Origin: a virus
IMG/VR virus record: IMGVR_UViG_3300017685_000003
Span: 1 to 42,140 of that record
DNA: 42,140 bases
Direction: 5' to 3' (one strand)
The position numbers were made by a program, and so were the translations under genes. The notes beneath the pieces are model-generated. The model saw only the letters and a list, made by a program, of their open reading frames with translations, ran no database searches and had not been told where the DNA came from. Positions 39,066 to 42,140 of this stretch are shown one piece after another; position 1 is the stretch's first letter, and each line of letters opens with the position of its first letter.

Positions 39066-39280
39066 CACGACCGTCCTTCCTGTTCTGCGAGGTGCTGGCG
39101 GACGGCTAGTCCGAGCGGGGTGAGCGTCACCGCTCCTGATTTCGCCACGTCCGCGAGGTAGGAAAGGGCTAGTGCGAGCAACACACTGGTCGAACCCTCC
39201 AGATGACCGCGGTCTTCCGTGATGCAGTCGCGCTCTCCCTTCGTCAGCCCGCGCGCTATTGCGGCTACGTCCCGGGTCAT
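39065..39280 (-). CDS. small wHTH-like protein (71 aa)
   Basis: The start is ATG 39280 (MTRDVAAIARGLTKGERD), an ATGA overlap. The segment ...AVTLTPLGLAVRQHL is wing-like. Confidence 0.5.
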   Translation of the reverse strand: MTRDVAAIARGLTKGERDCITEDRGHLEGSTSVLLALALSYLADVAKSGAVTLTPLGLAVRQHLAEQEGRS

Positions 39281-39468
39281 GAGGGGTCCTTCGGTCGATG
39301 GCAGGGGCCGCGCATGAAGCGATCCGCATCTGCCGGATTGTTGGACACAGGGAAGCACGGGCGGCATCCAATGAATCCGTCGTCATCGGTATGAGCGTCG
39401 GCTTCCGGGATGCGCGCCCCACAAGCCTCGCACTTCACCTCGCTCTTGCTATGCGCTGCGTCGGTCAT
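39277..39468 (-). CDS. zinc-ribbon-like protein (63 aa)
   Basis: ORF track. It contains CEAC...CRPC. Confidence 0.5.
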   Translation of the reverse strand: MTDAAHSKSEVKCEACGARIPEADAHTDDDGFIGCRPCFPVSNNPADADRFMRGPCHRPKDPS

Positions 39469-39977
39469 GCGGGCTCATCCTCGAAAGCTTCGACACCCCA
39501 ATGGAGCTTGTGCAGGCGTCTATGTGTCAGGTCATCCGCATCGGCTTCCGACCACTCGGGGCCCCATTTGCCCATGGCCGTAAACAGTCCCGCCCGTCCG
39601 CGCTCACGGCCCTCGTCAAGCCAGTTGTGTTCAAACGGCAGGGCCAGCTTGTTGAGGATAGCGGCGAGCCAAGGATACGGTGGTGCCCACGCAGTTTCAA
39701 AAACCAGCGTCAGCGTGTCGTCAATGCGCTCGGTTGGTTGTTGCGAATACGCGTTCCACTTCGTGCCCCAGTTCTGCCGATTCCAGTCTAGCCCGGTGCG
39801 ACCAAAAGCCTGCTCGTGCTGCTGACTAATCGATCCCATCCACATGTTCAGTGGAGGCGGCACCAAGACCGAGAAATCCACGTTGCCCTCGGCATCGCAG
39901 GCGGCGGCGATAATGGCTGCTTGTGCGGCGTCATCGACGTTGCGGAACACGAGTTCGTTGATGATATGATTAGGCAT
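39465..39977 (-). CDS. DUF1281/Api92-like protein (170 aa)
   Basis: The start is ATG 39977 (MPNHIINELVF...). NWGTKWNA and ETAWAPP are motifs characteristic of that family, as far as I recall. Confidence 0.5.
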   Translation of the reverse strand: MPNHIINELVFRNVDDAAQAAIIAAACDAEGNVDFSVLVPPPLNMWMGSISQQHEQAFGRTGLDWNRQNWGTKWNAYSQQPTERIDDTLTLVFETAWAPPYPWLAAILNKLALPFEHNWLDEGRERGRAGLFTAMGKWGPEWSEADADDLTHRRLHKLHWGVEAFEDEPA

Positions 39978-40455
39978 CGCGTCCTCTCTCCTTCTGCAAG
40001 ATGCGGATGGCTGCGGCGAGGTCATCCCAAGCTTTCCGGTAGGATGGCTTCATATGCGGCCACTCGGTAGGTAGCGCGGTCGTCGTCAGCCTCGACACGT
40101 CAGCAGCCATGAATGCTCGAAACAGCACCTCGCCGGATACGCGCGCATAGCCATCCTCTACCCCTGCGGATGGCAGCGTCTGGGCTGCGGTGCGGGTGTG
40201 CAGTCGGTTCCACCAATCCATGACGTTGTAAGCCCAGCCGCCACAGCTGCGCTCATCAATCATGCAACCGCGCGACTGACGAAAATGTGTGCTGTTGCTG
40301 CATTTGATGTGATAGCCTGCACCACATCCAGCATCGGCGATGACCGCGGTTCCACCGCAAAGACTACACGGCACGCAACCGGCCTGTGCATCAAGCATTT
40401 GCTCGTGATCATTCATGCTGCTCCGCACCTCCGCGCTCTTTGGGGCGGCGGTCAT
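39970..40455 (-). CDS. Lar-like (restriction-alleviation family) zinc-ribbon protein with an extra C-terminal domain (161 aa)
   Basis: CSLCGGTAVI...YHIKCSNS...C...AYNVMDWWNRLH parallels the Lar-family pattern CPFCGG...C..C......AI.AWNRR. I chose ATG 40455 as the start because of its ATGA overlap; ATG 40416 is an alternative. Confidence 0.45.
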   Translation of the reverse strand: MTAAPKSAEVRSSMNDHEQMLDAQAGCVPCSLCGGTAVIADAGCGAGYHIKCSNSTHFRQSRGCMIDERSCGGWAYNVMDWWNRLHTRTAAQTLPSAGVEDGYARVSGEVLFRAFMAADVSRLTTTALPTEWPHMKPSYRKAWDDLAAAIRILQKERGRDA

Positions 40456-40775
40456 GCGGTGGGGGCCTTGGCGAGAGCGGACCACAGAACCTTGCACGCG
40501 AGGTGAATGGCCTGATCCTGATTGTAGGACAGCTTGCCTCGGCATTTCAGGTCGTCGGTCAGCGCGTGGACAGCCGTCTCGGCAATTCCAAGGACAGGCG
40601 AGCGCGTGATCGCCGCGACAGCAGCCCCGTGGATGACTGCGTGCGCCCCTAGCGCCTGATACCACGGCACGCCGGGGATCGGTGCGGTACGGTTCTTGGC
40701 CTTCGCGAGGAAGTCACCTTGCAGCGGATAATCTGCGAGCGCGTGTGCGCCGATCATTGCGAACAAGCGGTTCAT
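40452..40775 (-). CDS. DUF3307-like protein (107 aa)
   Basis: MNRLFAMIGAHALADYPLQGDFLAKAK matches the DUF3307 N-terminal pattern (H.laDf.lQ). The start is ATG 40775 (ATGA overlap). Confidence 0.5.
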   Translation of the reverse strand: MNRLFAMIGAHALADYPLQGDFLAKAKNRTAPIPGVPWYQALGAHAVIHGAAVAAITRSPVLGIAETAVHALTDDLKCRGKLSYNQDQAIHLACKVLWSALAKAPTA

Positions 40776-41425
40776 GCCAGCTTCTCCAACCACTCGATTG
40801 TCTCGCACCATCGTCGCTCGTCGTCAGCGCTGCACTCCATGCAGCCCTGCACCAGCCGTAGCGTCTTGCGAGCCTCGCTAATAATCCACGCGCGTCCGGC
40901 TTCACGCTCACCCTCCCTCAACGCTCGCACGTCGTGACCGGCGGTGGTGAGAGCGAGGGATTCGTTGGGAACCAGTTTTCGGATTGCACGCGCAATTTTC
41001 TTGGCTGCAATCTCGTAGCCTTCGGTGAAGGCGCTGGGCGTGTCTGTCTGTTCAGCATGGACATCAGCAATGCGAGCCGATGCCTCAATCGCCTGCCGTT
41101 GTGCCTCTAGGTTCGCCTCCCTCTCCCCCGTATCGGCGCTCGCGGCGTTGCAACGTGCGTCGATCGCGGCGGCGAAGTCTCGGTCCCACTGCGTCGGCTC
41201 GTGGTCGCCGCTCATCATCCATTCTTGGACGAAAGCCACGGTTTCGGCGCTCGCGGCGTTGGGGGATGCGATGATTTGGCCGCAAGGCTGTGGCAGTTCG
41301 ACCAAACCACACTCAAGCGCTCGCATGATTGCTCTAGCGCCATCGCTGCTGGTCCAGTCCATTTCTATGCTGTCTTGCAACACGTCAGCGAGCCATTCTT
41401 CGGTCAGTATCTTATGAGCGAGCAT
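40772..41425 (-). CDS. hypothetical protein (217 aa) carrying two NAASA repeat motifs
   Basis: The start is ATG 41425 (MLAHKILTEEW). It contains IASPNAASAETV and RCNAASADTGERE, both encoded by exact DNA repeats shared with the next gene. Confidence 0.55.
   Translation of the reverse strand: MLAHKILTEEWLADVLQDSIEMDWTSSDGARAIMRALECGLVELPQPCGQIIASPNAASAETVAFVQEWMMSGDHEPTQWDRDFAAAIDARCNAASADTGEREANLEAQRQAIEASARIADVHAEQTDTPSAFTEGYEIAAKKIARAIRKLVPNESLALTTAGHDVRALREGEREAGRAWIISEARKTLRLVQGCMECSADDERRWCETIEWLEKLA
41247..41270. repeat. 24-nt exact repeat gcgctcgcggcgttgggggatgcg; second copy at 41915-41938, and an 18-nt related copy at 41133-41150
   Basis: Read directly from the sequence. All copies are translated in frame as (P)NAASA. 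Confidence 0.85.
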
Positions 41426-41678
41426 TGATCGGCTCCCGGTGAATAAGATTGGGATTGGCGCGCTGCTCAAACGACACGACGTTACCGTCGTCAAAGAGCT
41501 TGTCGGCGTCGCGCGCCGGATCGTAGCTGAGACACGTGGTAGCCATGCAGCCGGTCCACTCGTCGTCACGGCTGCGATCGTCGTTGGCGGGGCAGACCGT
41601 GAACGGCTCGTGGCACGTCTCGCAGACATACGCGTCAACTGGCGTACCGTAATCATTTACGGTTCTTTCAACGAACAT
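41412..41678 (-). CDS. Cys-rich, probably zinc-binding, small protein (88 aa)
   Basis: The start is ATG 41678 (MFVERTVNDYG). It contains CETCHEPFTVC...GCMATTC. Confidence 0.5.
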   Translation of the reverse strand: MFVERTVNDYGTPVDAYVCETCHEPFTVCPANDDRSRDDEWTGCMATTCLSYDPARDADKLFDDGNVVSFEQRANPNLIHREPINARS

Positions 41679-42140
41679 CGGCCATCTCCAATATGCGGTT
41701 ATGAACAGTGCGCGCAATCGTGGCGGCGGCGAAGGCGTCCAGCCCCAAGCGGGTGCCGTGCTCGCAAATCAGCGCCGAGCATTCGGCGGCTGTCAACGCG
41801 ATCCGATAACTGGCGTCTTGGGACACACCATCTTTCGGTATCAATGCTATAGCGCGCTTATACAGATCGCGGCGCTCGCCTTCCCCCGAACCCCCATCCT
41901 GCTTTCCACAAGCAGCGCTCGCGGCGTTGGGGGATGCGGCGGCAACCGCTTCCAATTGGTCGTCGACTTTCAGCGCCTCGCAGTCGTGCAACCAGTCGTG
42001 CCACCCGTCTCGCGCGGACTCCATATCAGCGTCTTCCGCGCCGCTGTCCTCGCATCCGTCGAGATAGCCCTGATTGTAAGCGTCATACGCAATAGTTGCA
42101 GGGTCTGTCCCCGCCTCCCCATCCTGCTTTCCACAAGCAG
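41668..42140 (-). CDS. 3' part of the junction-spanning MazG-fusion CDS (the continuation of feature 1-637)
   Basis: Codon-by-codon reading from 637 through position 1 and 42113 reaches the track ORF 41668-42024 in the same frame. It contains two copies of AACGKQDG. Confidence 0.6.
   Translation of the reverse strand, partial: ACGKQDGEAGTDPATIAYDAYNQGYLDGCEDSGAEDADMESARDGWHDWLHDCEALKVDDQLEAVAAASPNAASAACGKQDGGSGEGERRDLYKRAIALIPKDGVSQDASYRIALTAAECSALICEHGTRLGLDAFAAATIARTVHNRILEMADVR
41892..41917. repeat. 26-nt exact repeat ccccatcctgctttccacaagcagcg; second copy at 4-29 (= 42117-42140 plus the join)
   Basis: Read directly from the sequence. It contains the hairpin ctgctt-tccac-aagcag. Both copies are translated in frame as AACGKQDG. 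Confidence 0.85.

Noticed and set aside
1-42140. A search by eye for a diversity-generating retroelement, retron, toxin-antitoxin pair with a known toxin fold, CRISPR array, integrase or DNA methyltransferase.
   Set aside because: I saw no reverse-transcriptase (YxDD), recombinase or methyltransferase (DPPY/NPPY, FxGxG) motif, and no regular repeat-spacer array in any track ORF. Absence by eye is not proof, and a profile search is needed.

Overview
This window appears to be a complete, circularly closing phage genome of about 42.1 kb. Positions 1-27 are identical to 42114-42140, and a minus-strand reading frame crosses the join without a stop. The sequence is GC-rich with strong GC3 codon bias (an alphaproteobacterium-like host style) and is almost fully coding.

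Layout:
- A divergent promoter region sits near 1870-1983.
- A rightward arm runs 1984->36307. It starts with early and replication genes: a Cro-like HTH, a multi-HTH protein, a PP-loop/PAPS-reductase-like cassette, a YqaJ exonuclease, a DEDDh exonuclease, a VRR-NUC nuclease, a Toprim primase-helicase and SSB.
- A P22-like short-tail virion module follows: TerS, TerL, portal, scaffold, coat, gp4-like and gp10-like head-completion proteins, a needle/fibre-like protein, three ejection-type proteins, a fibre and a beta-helix tailspike.
- The arm ends with a lysis cassette: a GH24 endolysin flanked by membrane proteins.
- A leftward arm runs 1867->1, across the join, then 42113->36304. It holds 22 mostly tiny ORFs, and 20 of the 21 junctions are start/stop overlaps. 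It carries a MazG-like pyrophosphohydrolase, a stand-alone SpoT-type HD hydrolase, a Lar-like zinc-ribbon protein and DUF551-, DUF1281- and DUF3307-like proteins.

I did not recognise an integrase, partition system, DNA or RNA polymerase, methyltransferase, reverse transcriptase or CRISPR array.

Most interesting items:
- the pair of nucleotide/alarmone hydrolases in the accessory arm
- a compositionally foreign PP-loop ATPase plus Cys-rich partner cassette
- a five-copy 9-mer iteron/palindrome cluster between the helicase and SSB
- a degenerate tRNA-like element where the two arms converge
- exact in-frame DNA repeats at the contig join
- two unusually long structured non-coding islands inside the late operon

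All functional calls come from reading motifs in the translations and from gene order. No database search or folding program was run.
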